Positions 13,804 to 26,130 of a stretch of DNA of 64,000 nucleotides are shown in pieces. Both the position numbers and the translations under genes were made by a program. The DNA is taken from contig OZ024740.1 of NCBI GenBank assembly GCA_964016885.1, positions 76,508,001-76,572,000 on the forward strand, in the 5' to 3' direction. The stretch comes from Eledone cirrhosa. Taxonomy: Eukaryota. The notes under the pieces were generated by a model. That model ran no database searches. It was not told where the DNA came from and saw only the letters and a program-made list of their open reading frames with translations. Numbering within the stretch: position 1 is the stretch's first letter; every line of letters begins with the position of its first letter.

Positions 13804-14264
13804 TTTCTCTCTCCCTCTCTCTCTCCTTCCCTGGAAGAAATCGGAGAGGGAATGACTACCTAACAGGTTTAAAGAGCCCAAGATACGCTATGTGTCACGG
13901 CAGTGACCCTACGACTCGATCAGGATTAACGGGTCCATCCATCCATGCATACAAGATGGATGACGTTTTAAATCTGTCCTGGCGTATTCGGAACTCGGAA
14001 CACTTATCCCACCAGTTGCTCTGAGCTTTGAACTCAGAATCCTTAACATTGAGAATATACTACCCTTCCCACCAGTTTCTTTAAGTGAACAATATATTTT
14101 TCTGCTTGAATTACTATTTAAAGTAAGATTCCATTGTTGCAGAGCAGCAGACAAGAATCAACTTCCGGTTATAAAGTTGAAAAATGTTTACACATACACA
14201 TATATATATATATGTGTGTGTGTATGTATATATATATATACAAAAATATGGGTTGAGGAAGGCG

Positions 14265-14379
<115 letters not shown>

Positions 14380-14597
14380 CAAAAGAAAAATGTTTAAATC
14401 ATCGTAACAAATTGTCCACGTGGAACTGATATAATACTAGTATGGTAATGAAGTTTCGGAATTTTTTATTTTTAATATTTTTTATTTTTCCATAAAGTCA
14501 AAAGGAAAATTCCTTAACGTTTTAACAGATTGATTATCATCATATCAATTCAGAACAGTTTTATTCTCATCAACCAGCCTGGTTCCAAATATTTTTT

Positions 14598-14758
<161 letters not shown>

Positions 14759-14793
14759 TAAATATATATATATACATACATACACATACATAA

Positions 14794-14840
<47 letters not shown>

Positions 14841-14890
14841 GTATGTTATGTATATATGTATATATGTATGGATGTACGTATGTATGTACG

Positions 14891-14924
<34 letters not shown>

Positions 14925-15264
14925 TGTATGTATGTATGTATAATACACAGGACAACAACTGGAAGTTAACAGTCGGTGTAAAAGAGGCGGAAGTGATAAT
15001 CTCTTCGAAGAAGCGTGCAAAACCATCAGAAGAACAACGAGGATATAGTAAAGGCCATGTTAGCCGACATTTTCTTTCTTTCTTTTTTTTTCTTTTGGAG
15101 AACCCCATGGAGAATGTCTAGTACGTTCTGTAATCTGGTTATTTATTTTTCAGAGACAAAGCAATTGTGTGAAGATCCAGTCAGGAAGAAGGTCATTAGA
15201 GGTGTGGAGAAACAGCGGGATAACAGGTGGGATAATATCTATGAGAGAAAGGTTGATCTGGAAT

Positions 15265-15301
<37 letters not shown>

Positions 15302-16001
15302 CAACCATTATATATATATGTATATATAAATTGAGAGAAGTGTGTGCTAATATACTTCATGCATACATGCACGTGTACATATATATATATATATGTGTGT
15401 GTGTGTTAGAGGAAGTGTGCCCTAATGATAAAATGTTTTGTTCTATAGCTGCTAGTGGTGCAGAATGAATTAGAAAGTGTGGACAAAGGTTTTACGAGAA
15501 ATTAACCTTACTCTTTATATAGAATGAGTTAAACCAAGCCAAATTCTTTATCCACAAACTCAGAATTGTCGTTCATAATTTCTTTGTTCTTCTTCATTCA
15601 TCAATCTCCACAGGAAGAACCCTCTCTGTGTGAACGGCCACATAGTGAGATTAAACTTGTAGCAAAGATCTTTGGCTTGAATTATTCTTCACAGTTCTTC
15701 AGTTCCATTGTCTTAACAGACGTCTGTTACAGCCATCTAAATAGAATTTCCGAATCTTTCCCATTAGCAGCCCTTGGAATCGAACCTCCTTTGAAAGTTA
15801 CTTCCTTAGCCGTCAATAAAGAGATTTTTAAGATGTGACTGGTCTGAAGCTATTTTCTTTGTTTCAAAGAATAATCTCCTCTTCAAATATACAACATAGT
15901 TCAATCGTAAGAATGGCTTTGGGCGTTAAAAAGCTCACTTCACAACTTCTTGGTTCCAGTTTCGATTCCCTTTAGTAGCACTTTCGGCATGTGTTCTTTA
16001 C

Positions 16002-16084
<83 letters not shown>

Positions 16085-16234
16085 ACGAAGGAAGTGTGCT
16101 AAGGAACCAGGTGGACCATAACACACCAGAGTACTCAATACTTAGAGTAGTAGAGTGGGTAATAGGGAAAATGTTCAAGACCCCGACGGCATAGTTCTGC
16201 CGAGTTCTGCCGTCGGGGTCTTGAACATTTTCCC

Positions 16235-16237
<3 letters not shown>
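16085..16237 (-). mobile_element. Fold-back module, family H2
   Basis: Arms ~16162-16192/16207-16237 (atagggaaaatgttcaagaccccgacggca); same tail as 4937; (TA)n flanks. Confidence 0.75.
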
Positions 16238-16266
<29 letters not shown>

Positions 16267-16418
16267 TGCTTAAAAAATGCAATGGCTTTACAATGTAAAC
16301 AAACATATATAATCATGAAATATCTGAGCACATGAAAACTGAAACCATCTAAATAACTAAACGGTCAGACATTGCATTTTTCAAACTTTATTTTCAGTAT
16401 AACACGGGATTTGTAAAT

Positions 16419-16504
<86 letters not shown>

Positions 16505-16741
16505 TATATATATGTACATATTCAGATGAGGAATCTGGGCCATTGAAATATGTATAGTGTTTTCGTGGGATTAAAATTAAGTTTCAAGTCCAGCCTTCTG
16601 TTTTAATGAATATTTCACTCCGTTCCTGCACCAACCACTGAATACCACATCTACGATGGATGATCTGCGTGACATCGTGTGCTTTAATTTACTGCATCAT
16701 CGTTTACTAACCGGAATCACCTGTTCCATTCAACCATAAAC

Positions 16742-16896
<155 letters not shown>

Positions 16897-17089
16897 GCAG
16901 AGAATATATAGTGAAAAGTTTGTGAACATTAGAAAACGATCTATACAAATCACGTTATATAAGTAAAATGATTATATAAAAAGGGTTCTTTATAACTTGT
17001 ATAAAAAATTGATGTTTTCAAAGCCTGGTATCTCCGTTTTGAATCTTCAAAACATTTGTTATTAAGCTAAATTGTTTTGTTTTTTTTCG

Positions 17090-17130
17090 TTAAAACTCCT
17101 GCATGCTGATTTTTGATTATCTTGGATATA

Positions 17131-17188
<58 letters not shown>

Positions 17189-17830
17189 CAATAACAGAGA
17201 TAGTTTAAAGCTAATCTCTGACTGGTAACCATCTCACTCAACAAACATTAGGTTATATTTTAATATAAACCCAATTTAAGTGTATGGGGTGCTAACAATA
17301 TGTATTATGTGGAAAAGCCAGTTGTATTATTTTATGAGATATAATTAAAGTTAAAATATATCTCTCTTTCCAAACAATTGTTTCATTATAAGTTTTCTAC
17401 AAATTCGGAGAATATTTCCAGTTTATGTAGAAGCCTAATATACATTCATGTAAGAATATATTTAGGTGGGCGTTTATAAATCATCAGTGGAAGCCCAATA
17501 AACTTTGATATAAGAAAAACATTTCTTACCACAGTTAAAAATCGTGTCCGTTAAGTTGCTCCTTCCCGCATCGAATGACCGGCAAATTTGAAATTCCAGC
17601 AGTTTTTGACTGAGGAAGTATTATAGCGTCACTAAGCGGGAAGGGGAGACAACTACGATCCACGAAAGGAGGAAAAAAAAATAATATACACGCGGGTTAA
17701 TCAGTTTTTTCGAAAACATTATCAATCCAACGTGTTAAGAACTCAATTGAAATTAAAAAAATAAATATATGCGTGTATAAATTACACACGCATATAGATA
17801 TTTTCTTAGGCTAAAAACAGAGGTTGTACC
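17090..17830 (-). mobile_element. Diverged copy of the ~767-nt HHR unit (family H4)
   Basis: Reverse-complement similarity to 36280-37437 (e.g. cctaatgtttgttgagtgagatgg, caattgagttcttaa); HHR at 17368-17492. Confidence 0.7.
17368..17492 (-). ncRNA. Type I hammerhead with long helix II insertion
   Basis: ttcca-CTGATGA-tttataa...ttataat-GAAA-caattg-TT-tggaa. Confidence 0.7.
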
Positions 17831-17941
17831 TGAATAAGAAACCGCATCTCGTAACCGTAGTAAATACGGAAAGTTATGCTTTAAAGGGCAAATGGGAATG
17901 TAAATTTCCGGCCGAATTAAGAGTAAAATATATATATATAT

Positions 17942-18766
17942 ATAAATAGTGGAGCAAGCGGTTATCAAACAATTATTTAAATAAATTAAAAGACGATTTA
18001 AATAATCACCTGTTCTATTGCTGTTACCGACGGTTTCACCATTCCAAAAATTGGAAATCCAGAGAATTTCCAATGGAAAGAAATGGATCTTTAGACAGCT
18101 TATTTCCATACTATAAGGTTGCCAGCTTTACAGTAAGTAAATATTTCGCTTCCTGCCCAACGCATGCGGTCAAGCCGTTAAAATGACACACACGCAAAAT
18201 CAGGTCGCAGATAATAATAATAATAATATTATTATAAACGTGTTGATATTGCCACTAAAATTAGCAGCATTATTCAACGTTTTGTTCTCTACATAAGGAG
18301 AAAAATTAAAAAAGTGGATGAATATTTCAACAGGCACTATGTACTTGTAGAAATATGCAAGGTATTTATAATATTTGTGGTTCGATGGTACTAATTTGAG
18401 ATACCAGAACAATATAAAAATAGCGGAGCAAACGGTTATCAAACAATTCTTTAAATAAATTTAAAAAAACGATTTAAATAATCACCTGTTCTATTGCTGT
18501 TACCGTCGGTTTCACCATTCCAAAAATTGGAAATCCAGAGAATTTCCAATGGAATGGAATGGTGAAACCGTCGGTAACAGCAATAGAACAGGTGATTATT
18601 TAAATCGTTTTCTAATTTATTTAAAGAATTGTTTGATAACCGTTTGGTCCGCTATTTTTATATAGTTCTGGTATCTCAAATTAGTACCATCGAACCACAA
18701 ATATTATAAACACCTTGCATATTTCTACAAGTACATAGTGCCTGTTGAAATATTCATCCACTTTTA
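17942..18766 (+). mobile_element. Fold-back plus partial tandem HHR module, family H5 (~475-nt unit)
   Basis: Inverted arms ~18310-18522/18555-18766; direct repeat 17945-18077 vs 18419-18554; (TA)n flanks. Confidence 0.8.
18020..18099 (-). ncRNA. Type I hammerhead with G5>A core change
   Basis: gctgt-CTAAAGA-tccatt...aatggt-GAAA-ccgtcgg-TA-acagc; all three helices present. Confidence 0.65.
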
Positions 18767-18778
18767 TATATATATATA

Positions 18779-19152
18779 TCGTTTCTGAATTTGTTTAGCA
18801 AGATTCTTTGTCTGAAAATGTGTGTTGAAACCGATATTGTTATACTTTGGGGGGGTGTCATGTAGTTGCCAATAAAAAACACACGCACCAGTTGCTTTCA
18901 CTCCAATTTATTATAAATAAAATTTATAAATTTAAGAATTTATAAAGTTCGGTTGGTTGGTTCCACAACCGGACGGACGGTTGTTCATATATATAAACAA
19001 TCATATATATGAACAACCGTCCGGATGTGGAACCAACCAACCGAAATTTATAAATTCTTAAATTTATAAATTTAATTTATAATAAATTGGAGTGAAAGCA
19101 ACTAGTGCGTGTGTTTCTTATTGGCAACATGACCCTCCCAAAGTATATCAAT
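18779..19152 (-). mobile_element. Fold-back module, family H1 (second copy)
   Basis: Tail 18779-18834, arms ~18835-18993/19003-19152; turns before reaching the HHR. Confidence 0.8.
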
Positions 19153-19164
19153 ATATATATATAT

Positions 19165-19575
19165 AAGTATGTACACGTGCATACATATATATATATACAG
19201 ACGTATTCACCGAACATTTATTATAATGCTCGGTGTGTTTGTAAACAAACATCCCGTATTAAGCCGTAGTGTCCAGCAACCATCGTTGCTCGTTTGTTCA
19301 ACACTGACAAAGGAACGCTGTACTAGTTTCAAGCTTATTAGCTATCGTCAGCAACGTATACCTTCCTGCCAGATTGTTGAACGTATATACTTACCTTATG
19401 CATATTAACGGCTGAGTAGCCCAATTTGCATATCGAGTGGGTTAATCGGCCGGGTGCACCGAAAACGATAAACGGAAAAATTTAAACGAAATTTCATTTC
19501 CCACTCTTAGTACGGCTGTTACTTAAATATAAGTATGTACACGTACATACATATATGTATACAGACGTACAGTAG

Positions 19576-19660
<85 letters not shown>

Positions 19661-20147
19661 GCACACATATATATATGTACGTATGGATTCACCGAACATG
19701 ACGATAGCTAATAAGCTTTATCGTTTTCGGTGCATCCGGCCGATTAACCCACTCGATATGCAAATTGGGCTACTGAGCCGTTAATATGCATAAGGTAATT
19801 ATATACGTTCAACAGTCTGGCAGGAAGGTTATCGTTGCTGACGATAGCTAATAATCTTGAAACTAGTACTGCGTTCCTTTGTCAGTGTTGAACAAACGAA
19901 CAACGATGGTTGCTGGACACTACGGCTTAATTCGGGATGTTTGTTTACAAACACACCGAGCATTGTAATAAATGTTCGGTGAATCCATACGTACATATAT
20001 ATATGTGTGCGTATATGTATATATATATATATATACATACTACTGTACGTCTGTATACATATATGTATGTACGTGTACATACTTATATTTAAGTAACAGC
20101 CGTACTAAGAGTGGGAAATGAAATTTCGTTTCATTTTTTCCATTTAT
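19165..20147 (+). mobile_element. Fold-back plus circularly permuted tandem HHR module, family H6 (~430-nt unit)
   Basis: One plus-strand unit 19719-20147; minus-strand run 19700-19165 reads through the unit end into the unit start; HHR in both. Confidence 0.8.
19316..19356 (-). ncRNA. Intact minimal type I hammerhead (second copy 19833-19873, plus)
   Basis: cgttg-CTGACGA-t agc taataa gct t-GAAA-ctag-TA-cagcg; GUA cleavage triplet. Confidence 0.8.
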
Positions 20148-20173
20148 ATATATATATATACACACACAAACAT

Positions 20174-20293
<120 letters not shown>

Positions 20294-20385
20294 GTAATAA
20301 TAAAATTAACCAAAAATAACAAAACAAACGACACATTGCATGGAAGAAATATATTAGTTTAACGCTTGAAATAGCAGGAAGTGTG

Positions 20386-20421
20386 TCTTAACGTTTCGGT
20401 CAGTAGCCCTTCATCAGAAGA
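20386..20421 (-). ncRNA. Minimal hammerhead, family H3 (module ~20290-20545, 3' end abutting (CA)n)
   Basis: tctt-CTGATGA-agggctactgacc-GAAA-cgT-T-aaga. Confidence 0.7.
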
Positions 20422-20599
20422 TAGTTGGAAATAGAAGATAAATAGAAGATAAATGAAAGAGTGATGAGAGGAAGGAACGAGGAAAACGAGAAAAACAAAT
20501 GGGGAGAAAAAAAATTTGGGGAGGAAATAAAAATGACACGTGCGTATTCCGTCAGCCATCTATCTCTCTCTCTATATATATATGTATGGATATATGTTT

Positions 20600-21225
20600 C
20601 TCTTTCTCTTAATTTCGAGTGCAATTTTGGCCGGTCACCTTCCTGGTGGCAATGTTGTACAAGAAAAGAAATTGTCATCCCTTGAATCGCAAGAATGTTT
20701 TGCAAATTTTGAAGTGCCAGCTATCGCAGCCATTTGTAGTCTATGAAATAAAGAGCTGCGCTCTTTGTCTACAAATGCAAGTTACGTTGCACTTTAGTCC
20801 AAGCGGGTTGGTATATAACTTGTAGCTCCAATAATGATGGGTATGAAGCTGAAGGTGTATCTTGGATACTAAATCTGCAAACTCCTCATCAATGGTGTGT
20901 AGATATCCTCCTTCTCCTATATTTTTCTTACAACGTTTACATCAAGTGGGCAGCTGATCTCTTCAACAGAGCACGTTTTCAACGTGTTGTCCCAAACAAC
21001 AATATCAGGCCGGTTGTGCTTTAATTTGGTGGCAGTTTATATTTTCAGGTTCCACCAGTATTCCTTAGTGCCATCTGTCTCAACATATTCCTTCTCATTT
21101 GTTTTTAATTTTGTTTTCTTAAGTGCGTTCAAGATGGTTCTAGCTATCCCATCGTGTCTCATGGGAGGTAGTAAAGAGACGGCGTTTGTGTGCATGCGTA
21201 GATGCAAATGTGTATCTGGGTTCTA
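20600..21225 (-). pseudogene. Decayed RLE domain and 3' end of another RLE-type non-LTR element (not in ORF track)
   Basis: Manual translation: EYWWNLKI*TATKLKHNRPDIVVWD..LKTCSVEEISCPLDVN...EKEDIY...IPIIIGAT, a PD-(D/E)xK-type pattern with several stops. Confidence 0.75.
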
Positions 21226-21314
21226 AATAGAGTGATTGTTATAACAACAGCTATCTATATCTATCTGATTATTTATTTGTTTATTTGTTCAATAATAGGT
21301 GACCCCCCCCCCCC

Positions 21315-22107
21315 GCCACACACACACTCACACACACACACACAAACACACAAACACACAAACACACAAACACACAAACACACACACTCTCACACATACA
21401 CACACACACACACACAAACACACAAACACACACACACACAAACACACACAAACACACACACACACAAACAGACATAAACACACACAAACACACACATACA
21501 CACACACAAACACAAACATACACAAACACACACACACACAGACACAGACACACACACAAACATACACACAAACACAGACAAACACACACACACACACACA
21601 CACACACAGAGAAACACACACATACACACAGAAACACACACAAACACACACACAAACACACATAAACACACACAAACAAACACACAAACACACACAAACA
21701 CTCACAAACAAACACACACACACAAACACACACACAAATACACATACACACAAACACACACAAACACACACAAACACACACAATCACACACACACACACA
21801 AACACTCACTCTCACACACACACGCATAAACACACAAACACACATATACACACACAAACACACACTAACACACACAAACACACAAACACACACAAACACA
21901 CACACGCACACACACACACACAAACAAACACACACACAAACACACACACACATACTCAGACACACACACACAGACACACACACAAACACAGAAAAACACA
22001 CACAACCACACAGAAACACACACACACACACACACAAACACACACAAATACACAGAAACACACACTAACACACACAAACACACACAAACACACACAAACA
22101 CACACAA

Positions 22108-22148
<41 letters not shown>

Positions 22149-22343
22149 TACTTAGACACACACACACAAACACAGACAAACACACACAACCACACAGAAA
22201 CACACACACACACACACACAAACACACACAAATACACACACAGAAACACACACACACACAAACACACACAAACATACACACACAAACATACACACAAACA
22301 AACACACACGCAAACATACACACAAACAAACACACACACACAA

Positions 22344-22374
<31 letters not shown>

Positions 22375-23015
22375 AACACACACACACACACACACAAACA
22401 CACACAAACAAACACACACACACGCACACAAACACAAACACACACAAACACACACACACACAGACACACACACAAACACACACACAAACACAGACAAACA
22501 CACACTAACACACACAAACACACACACACAAACACACACACACACACAAACACACAAACACACACACACACAAACACACACAAACACACACGAACACGCA
22601 CAAACAAACACACACAAACAAACACACACATACACACACACACACAAACACACACACAAACACACATACACACACAAACACACACAATCACACACACACA
22701 CACACAAACACTCACTCTCACATACACACACTCTCTCACACGCACGCACAAACACACAAACACACACACACACACACACATACACAAACACACACAAACA
22801 CACACTAACACACACAAACACACACACACAAACACACACACACACAAACACACAAACACACACACACACAAACACACACAAACACACACGAACACGCACA
22901 CACAAACACACACAAACACACACAACCACACAGAAACACACACAAACATACACACAAACAAACACACACACACACAAACACACACAAACACACAAACACG
23001 CAAACACATACACAC
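21315..23015. repeat. Degenerate (CA)n/(CACACAAA)n tract, ~1.7 kb
   Basis: Directly visible, with higher-order recurring variants (cacacaaccacacagaaac, cacactaacac). Confidence 0.95.
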
Positions 23016-23169
23016 TTATATATATGTATATATAAACACTTACTGAAATAACATAGTCTTGGCTGCTATCCGCATTCTGCTGATACCAGGACGTTTGCGA
23101 AACGCCATTCAGATACACAGACCAACTACCACAGAAACTCACCAAAACACACTAGCGTCTACACCCGGT

Positions 23170-23308
23170 TACCTGGAACTAGCTGTTGAAATGACAAGAG
23201 CTCGGCCGACGGGGTCCTGACTCATTCTTATAACCATACTCTACTACTCCAAGAATCGAGTACTCTGGTGAGTAATGGTCTAACCATCTTCTTACGGAAT
23301 CCATCTTG

Positions 23309-23312
<4 letters not shown>
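23170..23312 (+). mobile_element. Diverged family H2 3' end
   Basis: gaactagctg...gacggggtcctga...actctactact...gagtactctggtg followed by (TA)n. Confidence 0.6.
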
Positions 23313-23359
<47 letters not shown>

Positions 23360-23493
23360 TATATATATATACGTATATATATACACACTCACACACACAC
23401 ACACATGTATATTCACATACATACACGTACGTGTACACACATGCACACAAAAACACACATAAAAATTCACAGACACACACACGTATACACACA

Positions 23494-23524
<31 letters not shown>

Positions 23525-23525
23525 A

Positions 23526-23851
23526 TATAAGATCAAAATATGGTTAAAAGAGTTCCAAGTATTTTATTATGCGCATTTCAAAAACAAATATCATCATGAG
23601 ATGACATTTGCGTTTTCGTCAGATAAAATAGGGATACATGATATGAAGGTTAAAAAACACTTGTGAATAGTGAAGTTTTAAATCAACATATCATGATGAT
23701 ATTTGTTTTTGAAATGCGCATAATAAAATATTTGGAACTCTTTTAACCATCTTTTGATCTTATATTACTTATACTCCAGTTCTACAAACTGTAGAGTGCT
23801 ACTTATCCGATATTGGCATTGCTTTATTGTACTACAATAAAACTCACCTCC

Positions 23852-23855
<4 letters not shown>
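23526..23855 (+). mobile_element. Asymmetric fold-back pLTR module with hammerhead at 23562-23628 (minus)
   Basis: Arms ~23526-23600/23690-23765, ~90-nt tail; ttttat-CTGACGA-aaacgcaaatgtcatc tcat gatgatatttgttttt-GAAA-tgcgca-TA-ataaaa. Confidence 0.8.
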
Positions 23856-23919
<64 letters not shown>

Positions 23920-24061
23920 AAAGTTAAACAAGGTTCAATGAATACATGAAAGAATGGGTTTTACAATAGATTGGAAGCACTCAACAAAAAAAAAGGTTTT
24001 CCAGAGTTATTAATATTAATTCAAAATATTAACGAAATAGATATTCTTGTGATCAAGTATA

Positions 24062-24124
24062 TTTTATTATACATATTTCAGAGGTACTGAGTTAAGTTCA
24101 ACAGTACGTCCTCATCAGATAAAA
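24062..24124 (-). ncRNA. pLTR hammerhead (3' pLTR)
   Basis: ttttat-CTGATGA-ggacgtactg...cagtacctct-GAAA-tatgta-TA-ataaaa. Confidence 0.8.
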
Positions 24125-26130
24125 TAAGATGATGCATGACATACCCTGACATAGTAGATGATTAATATTCAGTCATGGTAGTGATTAACATATGACACAA
24201 CTCAATATTTATACCCTAATATTGAGAACATGCGAAAAATATATAATACAAACAATATAGAGGGTGCGTGTAATATAGCTTAAAAAATACATGGCATCAA
24301 TATAACAGTTAAAACAATTTTTTTTTCAACTACTGAAGAAAGAGGAAAGAAAGGAAAGCATAGAGGAAGAAACAGCTGATGTGATAATATATTTAGTAGG
24401 TGCCTCGAAAAACAAATGAAAGATGATTAAAGAGAGAGACAGACAAAGGGGAGTAATTTATGTTCAAGTTTATAGACAATTATCCATATATGCAATATAT
24501 ATCCAAACTTATTTAGTTGACCGTTAATATTCAAAATATTTAATTTAAGTTATTTCAGAGTAATGAGTAATATTTTAGGTTTTAAAAGTTAATAGGTATT
24601 TGTATTAATATTATATTATGTTTATATTAATATTATATCAAGTTTAATTTCTAAAATTCAAATTTTATGAAAACAAATTTAAAGGATTTACGAAACACGA
24701 GAAAGAAAATATATAATGCTTTTATACCCTCACGAACGTAATCTTTACCAAAATTATTTATAATATTGACAACATTTTATATAATATAATTTATAAAATA
24801 ATTATATTTATAAGTATTAAAGAATTTATATGATTAAACAGTTTGAGTGCCTAAAGGATCAACCGGCCTTATAACTAAACTTAAAGAAGTCTGAATTTTT
24901 AATTATATATATGTGTTAATAAAAAAATACACAAGGATTATAATGTCTAAAGACTTAAGGTGATACCTTTCAAATATATATAATATAATTGTTTCTACTT
25001 TTGGCACAAGACCAGCAATTATCCCAGTGTATTACTGGTAAAAATACAATAATACAATGTTGTAAATAAGTTACAGAAAATATAGTTAAAAAATATATAT
25101 AGTTAAAATATATTGTTAAAAAATTAATGTTTTATATCAATTATTTTCATTTAGTTGATATATACTATAAATATGTAAGTCAAACTACATGAGTCCTAAT
25201 GATAGGGGCTAGATAAAAATAAAAAATAAAAATAATGAATTGTTTGCGAAACTTAAAAATGCCCAATATTAAAAATATATTATAAAATGTAATAGGGTTT
25301 TAATATATAGTAGACAAAAGATACGTCTAAAATATTTTAGCGAATGTGATAGAAAGAGGAGCTAAATATTTGAAAAAGCCGAAGGTAATCTAAATTTAAT
25401 TAAAATAAATTAAATTAAATTATATTAAATTAAGTAAAAATCATTATATAAATTCGAACTTCCAGGGAATATCAAACACTTATAACAATATAGAGTCATT
25501 TGAGTATCTAAATTATTTATAAATGTAACTACGAGTATGTTATTACACTAGATAAACATACTTGTACAATTATATAGAGATATTATTATAGGTATTAATG
25601 AAACGGTATACATTTAATAAATAAATAATTATAATCATTATTAGTAATGCTATAATTGTAGTTTTACCTCCAGTTCAGTGGAGAGAGAGACCAATATTTG
25701 TCGACTATTATGGTTTGTTATATTTATATCTAAATATATATAAAAAATAAATAAATGCAAATCTAACTTTCTGAGTCCCCAAAACATACTCAAAATGAGT
25801 AAAATATGCAAACGCATGAATGATCTACAGTTCAATTATAATCGGTAAATTTACTAGTTAACTATCCAAATTATATATTTAAAACAGAGACAGATAAATA
25901 AAGATCCGAATCAAAATTATAAATATCTAAAATAATCCTAAGGTGTGCATATTTATCAAGTAAACAAGTTACCAAATAATATGTTTATATATCTAAAGAG
26001 GATCCTTCATTCTAACATTAATTCTATCATAAATGATTAGAAGATAAAGCATTATTAATGTTTTATAAACCGTTATTACTTTTTAGGCCCAACAGTTGAT
26101 AAGAGACGTCAAAAATTAAGGCCTGATTGT

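Noticed and set aside
21281-23145. Long Cys/Val and His/Thr ORFs (up to 426 aa)
   Set aside because: Artefacts of a degenerate (CA)n tract; the same applies to all YI/IY ORFs from (TA)n.
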